Part shown: in pieces, positions 16,839 through 25,108 of the stretch | How the letters are laid out: each line of letters opens with the position of its first letter | How positions within the stretch are numbered: position 1 is the stretch's first letter | Source: Candidatus Omnitrophota bacterium | Lineage (GTDB): Bacteria; Omnitrophota; Gorgyraeia; 2-02-FULL-51-18; JAGOUK01 | Length of the DNA stretch: 31,800 bases | Assembly (NCBI GenBank): GCA_018061225.1 | Contig: JAGOUK010000001.1 | Span: 1-31,800 of the forward strand | Direction: 5' to 3' | Position numbers and translations under genes: made by a program | Notes under the pieces: model-generated | Told to the model about the DNA's origin: nothing | The model's database searches: none | Seen by the model: the letters and a program-made list of their open reading frames with translations, nothing else

Positions 16839-17761
16839 CCCTCAAAGTATTGAACCATGCTCAAATAACGCTCCCCCGAATCCGGGAACAGGACGGCGAC
16901 CGTTTTGCCGGGCCCCAGGATTTGCGCGACTTTGAGCGCGCCCCAGCAGGCCGCTCCGCAGGAGATCCCCGCGAAGATACCTTCCTGCTTGCACAGCTGT
17001 GACGCTGTCTGATAAGCGTCCTCATCGCTGCACCTAAAAATTTCATCCACCACCGACTGATTGAGCGTTTGCGGCACAAAGCCCGCGCCGATGCCCTGTA
17101 TCATATGAGCTCCCGGCTTGCCGCCGGACAAAACCGCAGATGTCGCGGGCTCGACGCCATAGACCTTCACCGCCGGATTGTGCTTCTTCAGCACTTCTCC
17201 GATGCCGCTGATGGTCCCGCCGGTACCGATGCCGGCCACGAACGCGTCGATGCGGCCGTCCAGGTCAGCCAAAATTTCTTTGCCGGTCGTCTTCCGATGC
17301 GCGGCCGGGTTATCCGGATTGGTGAATTGGCTCGGCATGAAGGCGCCTTTCCCTTCCCGCACCAGCTGTCTGGCTTTTTCCACCGCGCCGGCCATGCCGG
17401 CATCCACGGGGGTGAGCACCACTTCCGCGCCAAAAGACTTAAGGATCTGCAAACGTTCGAAGCTCATGTTATCCGGCATCACCAACGTCACGTGATACCC
17501 GCGCGCCGCGCCGACCATCGCCAACCCGATCCCGGTGTTGCCGCTCGTGGCTTCCACGATGCGCGACCCCGCCTGCACCAGCCCGTTCTTCTCCGCCTGA
17601 TCGATCATGTTGAGCGCGATGCGGTCCTTGACGCTGCCGCCGGGGTTGAAGACTTCCAACTTCGCAAAAATATCCGCCGACCCCTTTTGCACAATTCGGT
17701 TCAGCTTCACCATCGGCGTGTTGCCGATAAGCTCGGTGATGGACTGCGCGGGCCGCGTCAT
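16835..17761 (-). CDS. cysK: Cysteine synthase A (O-acetylserine sulfhydrylase)
   Basis: IGNTPMV, NPGGSVKDR, EATSGNTGIGLA, GIGTGGTISG, HMIQGIGAGFVP, DSGERYLS. Confidence 0.96.
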   Translation of the reverse strand: MTRPAQSITELIGNTPMVKLNRIVQKGSADIFAKLEVFNPGGSVKDRIALNMIDQAEKNGLVQAGSRIVEATSGNTGIGLAMVGAARGYHVTLVMPDNMSFERLQILKSFGAEVVLTPVDAGMAGAVEKARQLVREGKGAFMPSQFTNPDNPAAHRKTTGKEILADLDGRIDAFVAGIGTGGTISGIGEVLKKHNPAVKVYGVEPATSAVLSGGKPGAHMIQGIGAGFVPQTLNQSVVDEIFRCSDEDAYQTASQLCKQEGIFAGISCGAACWGALKVAQILGPGKTVAVLFPDSGERYLSMVQYFEG

Positions 17762-18156
17762 AGGATCACGATCTCTTCCGCGGTCACGGCATCCCCTTGA
17801 ATCCTAAAGGACTTGAGGTCCGGATGATTCATATCGGCCAGCGACACGATGAGATAACTCACGTCCGGATAAAACGCCATCTGCCGGTCCGTCTGCGATG
17901 GCTCGGCCGCCGAAGCAACATGCGAGTGAAAAATTCCCAACAACTCCAATCCGTCACCCGAGATCCGCTTAAAGGCCTTAAGCTGCTGTTTAGGATCCAT
18001 GGTGTAGGTCACCGTGGAATGGTCCATGTTCTCGATCGGCAGATAATATTTGGCTTCGCCGTCCTTGCCGGCCAAAAAACCGCAGGCCTCCTGCGGATAC
18101 ACGCCCTTGGCATGATCCACCATCTCGGCATGAATGGCCTTGGCGATCTTCAGCAC
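17758..18156 (-). CDS. JAB/Mov34 (M67) metallopeptidase, Mec+/HcyD-like
   Basis: EACG plus JAMM motif HSH-x7-S-xx-D (IFHSHVASAAEPSQTD). Confidence 0.92.
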   Translation of the reverse strand: MLKIAKAIHAEMVDHAKGVYPQEACGFLAGKDGEAKYYLPIENMDHSTVTYTMDPKQQLKAFKRISGDGLELLGIFHSHVASAAEPSQTDRQMAFYPDVSYLIVSLADMNHPDLKSFRIQGDAVTAEEIVIL

Positions 18157-18162
18157 GACGGC

Positions 18163-18888
18163 CTACCTCGCCCCCGGGCGGTTGTGCAGGCCGCATTCTT
18201 TGTGCTCGGGATTCTCCCACCACCAGCGGCCGGCGCGCTCATCCTCGCCTTCCTTAACCGCGCGCGTGCAGGGATCACAGCCAACGGAACGGTAGCCTTG
18301 ATCAAAAAGAACGCTATACGGCACCTTGTTCTTGCGGATGTAGTCCCAGACCCTGGCTTCGTCCCAGTCGGCGAGCGGATTCACCTTGAGGATATTCCCG
18401 TGGGCCTCATCAATCTCAATTTTCTTGATCTCCGCCCGCGTCACTGACTGCGCGCGGCGCTGTCCCGTGATCCAGGCGTCGAGTCCGCCCAGCGCGCGCT
18501 TGAGCGGCTCCACTTTGCGGATGCGGCAGCATTCTTGCCGGTTCTCGACCGATTCTTTGAATGAAAAAAATCCTTTGGCCCGCGTCAGCTTCTCAACGGC
18601 GACAGGGTCCGGAAAAAATACTTCGATCACGCAGTTGTACTTAAACTTCACCGCGTCCATGACCGCGTAAGTTGCCTCCGGCAGCCGTCCCGTATCCAGC
18701 GTGACGATCCTCGCCTTGGGGTCAAATTTGAGCGCCATGTCGATCAACACCATGTCCTCCGGGCCAAACGAGGAGGAGATGGCGATTCGGCTTCCGTATT
18801 TTTCGAGCATCCAGGCGATGACCGACTCCGGGCCGTGCAATTCAAACTCAGAGTTCAGTTTTTCCGCTTCCGCTTTGGCTCTAAGCAT
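18163..18888 (-). CDS. cysH: Thioredoxin-dependent APS reductase (CysH family, Fe-S type)
   Basis: SSSFGPED, LDTG, ECCRIRKVEPL, WITGQRR, SVGCDPCT, C-terminal ECGLH; start moved to ATG 18888. Confidence 0.94.
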   Translation of the reverse strand: MLRAKAEAEKLNSEFELHGPESVIAWMLEKYGSRIAISSSFGPEDMVLIDMALKFDPKARIVTLDTGRLPEATYAVMDAVKFKYNCVIEVFFPDPVAVEKLTRAKGFFSFKESVENRQECCRIRKVEPLKRALGGLDAWITGQRRAQSVTRAEIKKIEIDEAHGNILKVNPLADWDEARVWDYIRKNKVPYSVLFDQGYRSVGCDPCTRAVKEGEDERAGRWWWENPEHKECGLHNRPGAR

Positions 18889-20149
18889 GGAGGATGATCC
18901 CCCCGCCCGAAACAAGATTCCGGTCCACCAGCACGAAGCGGCCGGTTTCCTGAATCTCGTGGAACGGATCATAAACAATGTCTTTTTTGAACTCGAGCTC
19001 AAGTTCGGCGACCTCGTTCTTGGCAACTTCATGATGGTCTTTGGAGACTTCATCCAGCGTCGAAGAATTGATCACGCGGACAACGTTCTTCACCTTGCAC
19101 TCCAATTCCTGAGTCGTGAGTTTGATGACGTAGGACTTGCCCTTGGCCAAATGCTCTTCACCCATCCAAAAGATATTGGCGCGGAAGTGTTTGCCGACCA
19201 GCGGCTTGGCCGACGCGTGCACGGCGATCTCGCCGCGCTCGACAAAGAGCTGATCTTCAACGGTGATTCCGATGGATTCGCCCGCTTCGGCTTCCGGCGG
19301 TTCCGGCGCGTTCCAGCGCTCGATCGCGCTGACCACCGCCGTTTTCTTCGACGGCAAAAAGAGGATCTCATCACCCTTCTTCAGTCGGCCGGACTCGATG
19401 CGACCGGAGAAGTAGCGTTTTTCGGAATCAAACCGATACACGTCCTGCAGCGGGAATCTCAGCGCGCGCGTCGAGGCCGTGCGGTGCGAATCCACCGAAT
19501 CCAGGATCTCGACGAGCGTCGACCCTTTGTACCAGGGCATCTGCGACGTGCGCATCACGACATTGTCGCCCACGTACGCGGACACCGGGATGAAGGCCTT
19601 CGGCGTGACCTTGAGCGTCTTCAGATAATTCGTGTAGTCCGTGACGAGTTTGTTGAACGTCTCTTCACTGTAGCCCACGAGGTCCATCTTATTCACGATC
19701 ACAATGATGTTCTTGATTCCGAGAAGTGACAAGATCGTCGCGTGACGCTTGGACTGTTCGCGCAGCCCCTCTTTGGCGTCGATGAGCAGGAGCGCCGCGT
19801 CGGCGCTGGACGCGCCCGAAATCATGTTCTTGAGGAATTCTTTGTGGCCTGGCGCGTCGATGACGCGGTAGGTGCGCTTCTTTGTTTTAAAAAGCACCTG
19901 AGACACGTCGATCGTGATGCCCTGATCCTGCTCTTCCTCGAGCGCGTCGAGTAAGAAGGCATATTCAAACTTCACGCCCTTATCGACGCAGATCTGCTTC
20001 ACGTATTCCAGTTTTTGCGGCAGGATGGAGTCGGTCTCGTGCAGCAGGCGGCCCACGAGCGTGGACTTGCCGTGATCGACATGTCCGACAAAAACGATGC
20101 GCAGTTCGCCGGATTGATTGTTTTGTGGGTTGCCGTTCACGTCAGACAT
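18881..20149 (-). CDS. cysN: Sulfate adenylyltransferase subunit 1 (GTPase), no APS-kinase domain
   Basis: GHVDHGKSTL, EQDQGITID, DAPGHKEFLKNM, VNKMD, TGRFVLVD; ends at 422 aa. Confidence 0.94.
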   Translation of the reverse strand: MSDVNGNPQNNQSGELRIVFVGHVDHGKSTLVGRLLHETDSILPQKLEYVKQICVDKGVKFEYAFLLDALEEEQDQGITIDVSQVLFKTKKRTYRVIDAPGHKEFLKNMISGASSADAALLLIDAKEGLREQSKRHATILSLLGIKNIIVIVNKMDLVGYSEETFNKLVTDYTNYLKTLKVTPKAFIPVSAYVGDNVVMRTSQMPWYKGSTLVEILDSVDSHRTASTRALRFPLQDVYRFDSEKRYFSGRIESGRLKKGDEILFLPSKKTAVVSAIERWNAPEPPEAEAGESIGITVEDQLFVERGEIAVHASAKPLVGKHFRANIFWMGEEHLAKGKSYVIKLTTQELECKVKNVVRVINSSTLDEVSKDHHEVAKNEVAELELEFKKDIVYDPFHEIQETGRFVLVDRNLVSGGGIILHA

Positions 20150-20952
20150 TACATGTATCCTTTCGCGCGAAGCTTCTGCATCGCGTATCGCTGAGAGTGG
20201 TCCTGATCGCGGCCGACGCGCTCAGATATTTTGGTGTTCTTCAATTCTTCAATGACTTTGTCCACGGTGTCAGCGTCCGAATCCACGGGCTTCGTGATCG
20301 GCCGGCACCCGAGCGTGCGGTAGCGCTTGCCGTTCTTGGCAAAGTAGAGATCGACGAGCGGAATGTTCTCGCGTTTCACGTAATTCCACACGTCCACCTC
20401 GGTCCACTCGAGCAGCGGATGAATGCGCACATGCGTGCCGGGATCGTAGTCCGACTGAAACTGATTCCACAGCTCCGGCGGCTGGTCCTTGTAATTCCAC
20501 TCAAAGTCGATGTTGCGCGGAGAAAAATATTTTTCCTTCGCGCGCGTGCCGTCTTCGTCGCGGCGGATGCCGACGAACAGGCCGTCCCATTTTTCTTTTT
20601 CGATCATCTGCTGAAGAGCGACGGTTTTCATCTCATGGCAGACGGTGACCGGGTCATTGTTGTCATAGTTGACCCCGCGCGCCTTGGCGGCTTCATTGAC
20701 GCCGACGATGAGCTTCAGGCCCCATTCTTTGGCGTAGTGCTCACGGTAAGCGTACATTTCCGGAAACTTAAAGGTCGTGTCGATGTGAACAACCGGAAAA
20801 GGCACGCGGCCGAAGAAAGCCTTGCGCGCCAGCCAGACGTTGACGCAGGAGTCCTTGCCCATGGACCACAGCATGGCCGGCTTCTTGAACTTTTTATAGG
20901 CCTCACGGATGATAAAAATGGATTGATTTTCGAGCGCGCTCAGGTGGTCCAC
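20149..20952 (-). CDS. cysD: Sulfate adenylyltransferase subunit 2
   Basis: LENQSIFIIREA, WSMGKDS, HIDT, RRDEDGTRAKE, RIHPLLEWTE, YRTLGC; GTG start with AAGGAG SD. Confidence 0.96.
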   Translation of the reverse strand: MDHLSALENQSIFIIREAYKKFKKPAMLWSMGKDSCVNVWLARKAFFGRVPFPVVHIDTTFKFPEMYAYREHYAKEWGLKLIVGVNEAAKARGVNYDNNDPVTVCHEMKTVALQQMIEKEKWDGLFVGIRRDEDGTRAKEKYFSPRNIDFEWNYKDQPPELWNQFQSDYDPGTHVRIHPLLEWTEVDVWNYVKRENIPLVDLYFAKNGKRYRTLGCRPITKPVDSDADTVDKVIEELKNTKISERVGRDQDHSQRYAMQKLRAKGYM

Positions 20953-20980
20953 AGTGAAAAACTCCTTTATCCGATAACTT

Positions 20981-20999
20981 TACTAGGGATTAATTAGTA
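20981..20999. promoter_or_regulatory. Candidate repressor operator (TACTA-N9-TAGTA) just downstream of the cysD promoter
   Basis: Inverted repeat TACTA (20981-85) / TAGTA (20995-99) overlapping the predicted transcription start. Confidence 0.4.
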
Positions 21000-21002
21000 T
21001 AA

Positions 21003-21031
21003 ATTTTATTGAATCCAAGTTAAAATGTCAA
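21003..21031 (-). promoter_or_regulatory. Sigma70-type promoter of the sulfur operon
   Basis: TTGACA (21031-21026), 17 nt, TAAAAT (21008-21003). Confidence 0.82.
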
Positions 21032-21048
21032 GATTCTGCCTTGTGCAT

Positions 21049-21086
21049 AAAAAACCCGGCGCGATTACGTCGCGCCGGGTTTTTTT
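21049..21086. terminator. Rho-independent terminator (bidirectional form)
   Basis: AAAAAACCCGGCGCGA-TTACG-TCGCGCCGGGTTTTTTT: perfect GC stem with A/T tracts on both sides, downstream of 21107..21331. Confidence 0.9.
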
Positions 21087-21106
21087 AGATGCTTTTGGAC
21101 TGATGT

Positions 21107-21331
21107 CTAGTGCGAGTGCCCTTCGTGTCCGGCGTGGTCATGCGCGTGCGAGGCCTCTTCGGCCGCGGCGGCTTCCGGATTGCAGCAGGGCTTCTGACAC
21201 CCCACAGGGCATGCTTTTTTATCCGACGCGGCTTTGGCCGCTCCGTCCACAGGGCACGAACCGCATCCGGCAAACGCCAGACCCGCGGGCAGCAACAAAA
21301 ACACCGCCAATACTGTCAAAATCTTTTTCAT
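21107..21331 (-). CDS. Small secreted Cys/His-rich putative metal-binding protein
   Basis: GGGAG SD, signal peptide ending LAFA, 6 Cys (CGSC, CPVGCQKPCC), C-terminal HAHDHAGHEGHSH, own terminator. Confidence 0.8.
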   Translation of the reverse strand: MKKILTVLAVFLLLPAGLAFAGCGSCPVDGAAKAASDKKACPVGCQKPCCNPEAAAAEEASHAHDHAGHEGHSH

Positions 21332-21366
21332 AAATCTCCCTTTTTAATCGTTAAACTACCCGGTGT

Positions 21367-21392
21367 ATTATAGACCATTTCGCCTCAAATGG
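21367..21392 (-). promoter_or_regulatory. -10 element (TATAAT) with adjacent inverted repeat CCATTT-N6-AAATGG
   Basis: Perfect TATAAT at 21372-21367; palindrome at 21375-21392 in the spacer; no recognisable -35. Confidence 0.4.
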
Positions 21393-21409
21393 CGCCCCAC
21401 AGGCGGACG

Positions 21410-22741
21410 CTAAGCTGATTTGCGGGGGTCAGATTTGGATTTGAGCCTGTCCAAGTAGGCCTTAAAATTTTTTTCACACCCTTGCTCAGTGGGCTCGTAG
21501 TACCGCCTGGTCTCGGTCAGGTACTTCTGGGCAACGTGATGATCCGGGTGGTCGTGCGCGTACTCGTAGCCGACACCCCGGCCCAGGGTCACGGCCCCTT
21601 TGTAGTGGGAATCTCTCAGGTGGGCCGGCACTTCAAGGGACCGGCCTTCCTCGACATCCTTCATGGCTTTATCAATGGCGAGGTAGGAGGCGTTGGACTT
21701 AGGGGCGCAAGCGATGTAAGTGGTCGCTTGGGCCAACGGGATGCGGGCTTCGGGCATGCCGATGAATTCCGAGGCCTGTAAGGCGGCGTTTGCGATAACG
21801 AGCGCCTGAGGATCAGCATTGCCGACGTCTTCGGAGGCGCAAATCACCAGCCGCCGGGCCACAAAGCGAGGATCTTCACCCGCGTACAGCATCTTGGCCA
21901 GGTAGTAGATGGCCGCGTCAGGATCAGACCCCCGCATCGACTTTATGAACGCGGAGGCATGATCATAATGCTCGTCGCCGTCCTGATCATAGCGAACGGC
22001 TTTTTTCTGTACTGATTCCTGAGCCACTTCGAGAGTAAAGTTCACCGTGCCGTCCGCTCCCGCTGGCGTCGAAAGCACTCCGACTTCCAGTGCGTTGAGC
22101 GCCCGTCGCGCGTCCCCTTCCGATACTGATGCCAAAAATTTGAGCGCCTCCCCATCCATCCGGACCGGCGTTTTGCTAAGTCCCCGCTCAGGCTCGCTGA
22201 GCGCTCGCGTGATCACATCCATCACATCCGCTTCGTCGAGGGCTTTGAGCTCAAACACAAGTGACCGCGAAAGAAGCGGCGCATTGATCGAAAAGAAGGG
22301 GTTCTGCGTTGTCGCTCCCACGAGCAGCGGATTGCCCCGCTCGACATCCGGCATCAGGACGTCTTGCTGCGAACGGCTAAAGCGGTGGATCTCATCGACG
22401 AAGAGAATCGTGCGCTTGTTGTAAGCCTTGAGGTTGACCTTGGCTTTGTCGAGGATTTTACGCAGCTCGGCGACACTGGACGCGACGGCGTTCACGGATT
22501 CAAAGAAACATTTGGTCTCACGCGAGATGATGAGCGCCAGCGTCGTCTTGCCGCAGCCGGGAGGGCCGTAGAGAATGATGGAAGAAAGCTTGTCCGTTTC
22601 GATAACGCGTCTGAGCAGCGTTCCCTCTTTAAGGATATGCCGCTGCCCGCAAAACTCCGCCAACGACCGCGGCCGCATCCTACTGGCCAAAGGCTCATGC
22701 TTCGCGCTATCAGAAGTATTATTAGTCTGAAAAAGGTCCAT
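21410..22741 (-). CDS. rarA: Replication-associated recombination protein A (MgsA/RarA AAA+ ATPase)
   Basis: PLASRMRP, GPPGCGKTT, FVDEIHRF, ATTQNP, GDARRALN, SAFIKSMRGSDPDAA, SEDVGNADP; start 22741 or 22747. Confidence 0.96.
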   Translation of the reverse strand: MDLFQTNNTSDSAKHEPLASRMRPRSLAEFCGQRHILKEGTLLRRVIETDKLSSIILYGPPGCGKTTLALIISRETKCFFESVNAVASSVAELRKILDKAKVNLKAYNKRTILFVDEIHRFSRSQQDVLMPDVERGNPLLVGATTQNPFFSINAPLLSRSLVFELKALDEADVMDVITRALSEPERGLSKTPVRMDGEALKFLASVSEGDARRALNALEVGVLSTPAGADGTVNFTLEVAQESVQKKAVRYDQDGDEHYDHASAFIKSMRGSDPDAAIYYLAKMLYAGEDPRFVARRLVICASEDVGNADPQALVIANAALQASEFIGMPEARIPLAQATTYIACAPKSNASYLAIDKAMKDVEEGRSLEVPAHLRDSHYKGAVTLGRGVGYEYAHDHPDHHVAQKYLTETRRYYEPTEQGCEKNFKAYLDRLKSKSDPRKSA

Positions 22742-22807
22742 AGCCAACTTTCATTTGGGGTTGATATAGACCCGGGAATAATCAGACGCCGCCTTATCGA
22801 CGGACAA

Positions 22808-22995
22808 ATTGGTCCCACAGCGCCGTGTGTCGTGTCCTGGCTGAATCCCTGTTTTTACAGGGCGGGTGCCTACTACCGACATTTCTTATCCGACAGATCG
22901 CCGGATCTATCCACGCCGGGGTTCGACACCCACATGAGTTATATCGGATTCGCGCGTATGGACACAACGAAGCTCGAACGCCGCAGGAAACTCTT
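22808..22995 (-). ncRNA. ssrS: 6S RNA
   Basis: ~185-nt rod: closing stem UCCUGCGGCG/CGCUGUGGGA, GUUGUGUCC/GGACACGAC, GAAUCC/GGAUUC, central bubble with 3' hairpin CCCUG-UAAAAA-CAGGG, GUGGGUGUC/GGCACCCGC, apical GAUAGAUC/GAUCUGUC. A TATAAT lies ~7 nt upstream. The ends are approximate. Confidence 0.82.
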
Positions 22996-23001
22996 GCGAA
23001 T

Positions 23002-23032
23002 ATTATACACCCGCCTCAAGCGGCGGCATCAA
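23002..23032 (-). promoter_or_regulatory. Promoter of the 6S RNA
   Basis: TATAAT at 23007-23002; weak -35 TTGATG (23032-23027) at 19-nt spacing. Confidence 0.55.
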
Positions 23033-23065
23033 ATCAATGGGGAAAAATGGGCGGGGGGCCGGGAT

Positions 23066-25108
23066 CTACTGACGCAGTTCGATCGAATGGGACGTTTTAA
23101 GCGCTTCCATGACGCGCGTTTGAATCGTCAAGATTTCTTCGTCCGTAAAAGTTCCATCAGATTTTTGGTACTGCAGCGTAAAGGCCAGGCTGCGTTTATC
23201 CTTGGGGATATTCTTGCCTTGATAGAGATCAAATAGCTCGACGCGCTTAAGACTCTCGCCCGCGGCGTCCAGCAACGTCTTTTCGATCTGAGAGACGGTG
23301 ACTTCGGTCGGCACCAAGAGAGCGATATCGCGCTGCACGGAAGGAAATTTGGGCAGCTCCACAAAGCGCGGCTCAATCCGGCGCAGCTTGAGAAGATCCT
23401 CTAGCACAACCTCAGCGGCAAAGACGGGCTGCTGAATATCCCATTCTTTAAGAACCTCATCGGAGACTTTGCCGATATGGGCCATGCGGAATCCGGTCGC
23501 CGCTTCGATGGCCAACGACTCGCTGAACATCCCCGGCCACACGGCAAACTCTTTCCAGTCGGGCATTTTTCTGCCGACGGCCTTAAAAATATTTTGGACC
23601 AACCCCTTCACGTAATAAAGATCAGCTTCCTGACGGGAGGACCACGACTTAAGCCATTGTCCGGTCACGGCGATCGTGAGCGCTTCTTCTTCTTTGGCTT
23701 GGTAGAAACGCTTGGACACTTCAAAGAACGCCACGTCCTTTTCTTTGCGGTTCAGGTTGTGGCGGATCGCGCCCAATAGTCCGACGAGCGCCGTGGGTCT
23801 TAGAATTTCTTGTTCCTGACTTAACGGATTGCTGATCTTCAGCACGGCCTTGTCTTTAGGAAAATGCGTTTTGGCAAGGTCCGCGGCCGAGACCATGCTA
23901 AAGGTCACGGTCTCCCACAAACCCTGCGACACCAAGTGCCGCTTGAGGTCGCGGATTTCGTGATAAGGAGATTCGCGCCTGTCCGATGACGGATAACGCG
24001 TGGCAGGCAGCGTGGTCGGAATTTTTTCGAATCCGTCCACGCGCACGATCTCCTCGATGAGATCGCATTCCTGGCGGATGTCGGTGCGGCGGGATGTGTA
24101 AGCCACCTTAATGTACTCGCTCGAAACTTTCCGAACTTTAAGCCCGAGGCTCTTGAGAATTTTGGCGGCGGCCGACATGGGATAGTCGCGCCCCATCACG
24201 CGGTCCAGCGTCTTCTTGAACACCTTCACCGATGGGTAAATCTTGGGCTCAAGCGTTCCGACCTTGACGAGGGGCGACGCGGTGAATGCCTTGGCGTGCT
24301 GCAGGATCAGCGAAGCAGCCCGGTCCGACGCCCACGATACCCATCCGGGTTCGATCGCGCGCTCAAAGCGGTAACCGGAGTCAGTGGAGATCTTCAAAAA
24401 TCTCGCGGCGCGGCGCACCAGCACCGGATCAAAGCGCGCGGATTCCAACACCACACGCTGAGTCTGCGGCGTCACTTCGGTTGCCTTGCCGCCCATGACA
24501 CCGGCGATGGCGATGGGCTTCTTGGCGTCCGCGATGACCACGATGCGTTCGTCCAGCGCGTATTCAACGTTGTTGAGACAAAGAATTTTTTCTCCGCGGC
24601 GGGCGCGGCGGACGATGATTTGCCCGCCTTCGATTTTGTCGAAGTCAAACGCGTGCAGCGGCTGGCCCGTTTCGAACATCACGTAGTTGGTGATGTCGAC
24701 GATATTGTTGATGCCCTTCTGCCCCATCCATTCCAGCGGCTTGAGAATGCTCGCCGGAGACGGCGCGATGCGGATGCCGTCCAAGATGCGGTAGGTGTAC
24801 GCGGCGCAGGCCTTGGTGTCCTGGATCTTCGCCTCAAGCGCAAGACGTGAAGCGGCGCGATAAGGAATGCGCGGGATCCGGGGCTTGCGGACTTTTTTTT
24901 GAGTCAGCGCGGCCAGTTCCGATGCCAACCCCAGCATAGAGAGGCAGTCGGGACGATTGGTCGTAATCTCCGCGTTCAACACTTCGGAACCTTCGAGTTT
25001 TTCGTGTCCCTCGATCATCGTCCCGGTCATTGTAAAAAGTTCCGCCAAACGGTCCGCCTTGAGCGCGACATCGACGTAATCTCTCAGCCACTTGATGGGA
25101 AGTTTCAT
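23066..25108 (-). CDS. pheT: Phenylalanine--tRNA ligase beta subunit (short form, no B2 OB-fold)
   Basis: ITTNRPDCLS, NNIVDITNYV, GQPLHAFD, DLIEEIVR, NPLSQE, C-terminal FDX-ACB (KFPSVQRDIA, FDLYQG, KRSLAF). Confidence 0.96.
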   Translation of the reverse strand: MKLPIKWLRDYVDVALKADRLAELFTMTGTMIEGHEKLEGSEVLNAEITTNRPDCLSMLGLASELAALTQKKVRKPRIPRIPYRAASRLALEAKIQDTKACAAYTYRILDGIRIAPSPASILKPLEWMGQKGINNIVDITNYVMFETGQPLHAFDFDKIEGGQIIVRRARRGEKILCLNNVEYALDERIVVIADAKKPIAIAGVMGGKATEVTPQTQRVVLESARFDPVLVRRAARFLKISTDSGYRFERAIEPGWVSWASDRAASLILQHAKAFTASPLVKVGTLEPKIYPSVKVFKKTLDRVMGRDYPMSAAAKILKSLGLKVRKVSSEYIKVAYTSRRTDIRQECDLIEEIVRVDGFEKIPTTLPATRYPSSDRRESPYHEIRDLKRHLVSQGLWETVTFSMVSAADLAKTHFPKDKAVLKISNPLSQEQEILRPTALVGLLGAIRHNLNRKEKDVAFFEVSKRFYQAKEEEALTIAVTGQWLKSWSSRQEADLYYVKGLVQNIFKAVGRKMPDWKEFAVWPGMFSESLAIEAATGFRMAHIGKVSDEVLKEWDIQQPVFAAEVVLEDLLKLRRIEPRFVELPKFPSVQRDIALLVPTEVTVSQIEKTLLDAAGESLKRVELFDLYQGKNIPKDKRSLAFTLQYQKSDGTFTDEEILTIQTRVMEALKTSHSIELRQ

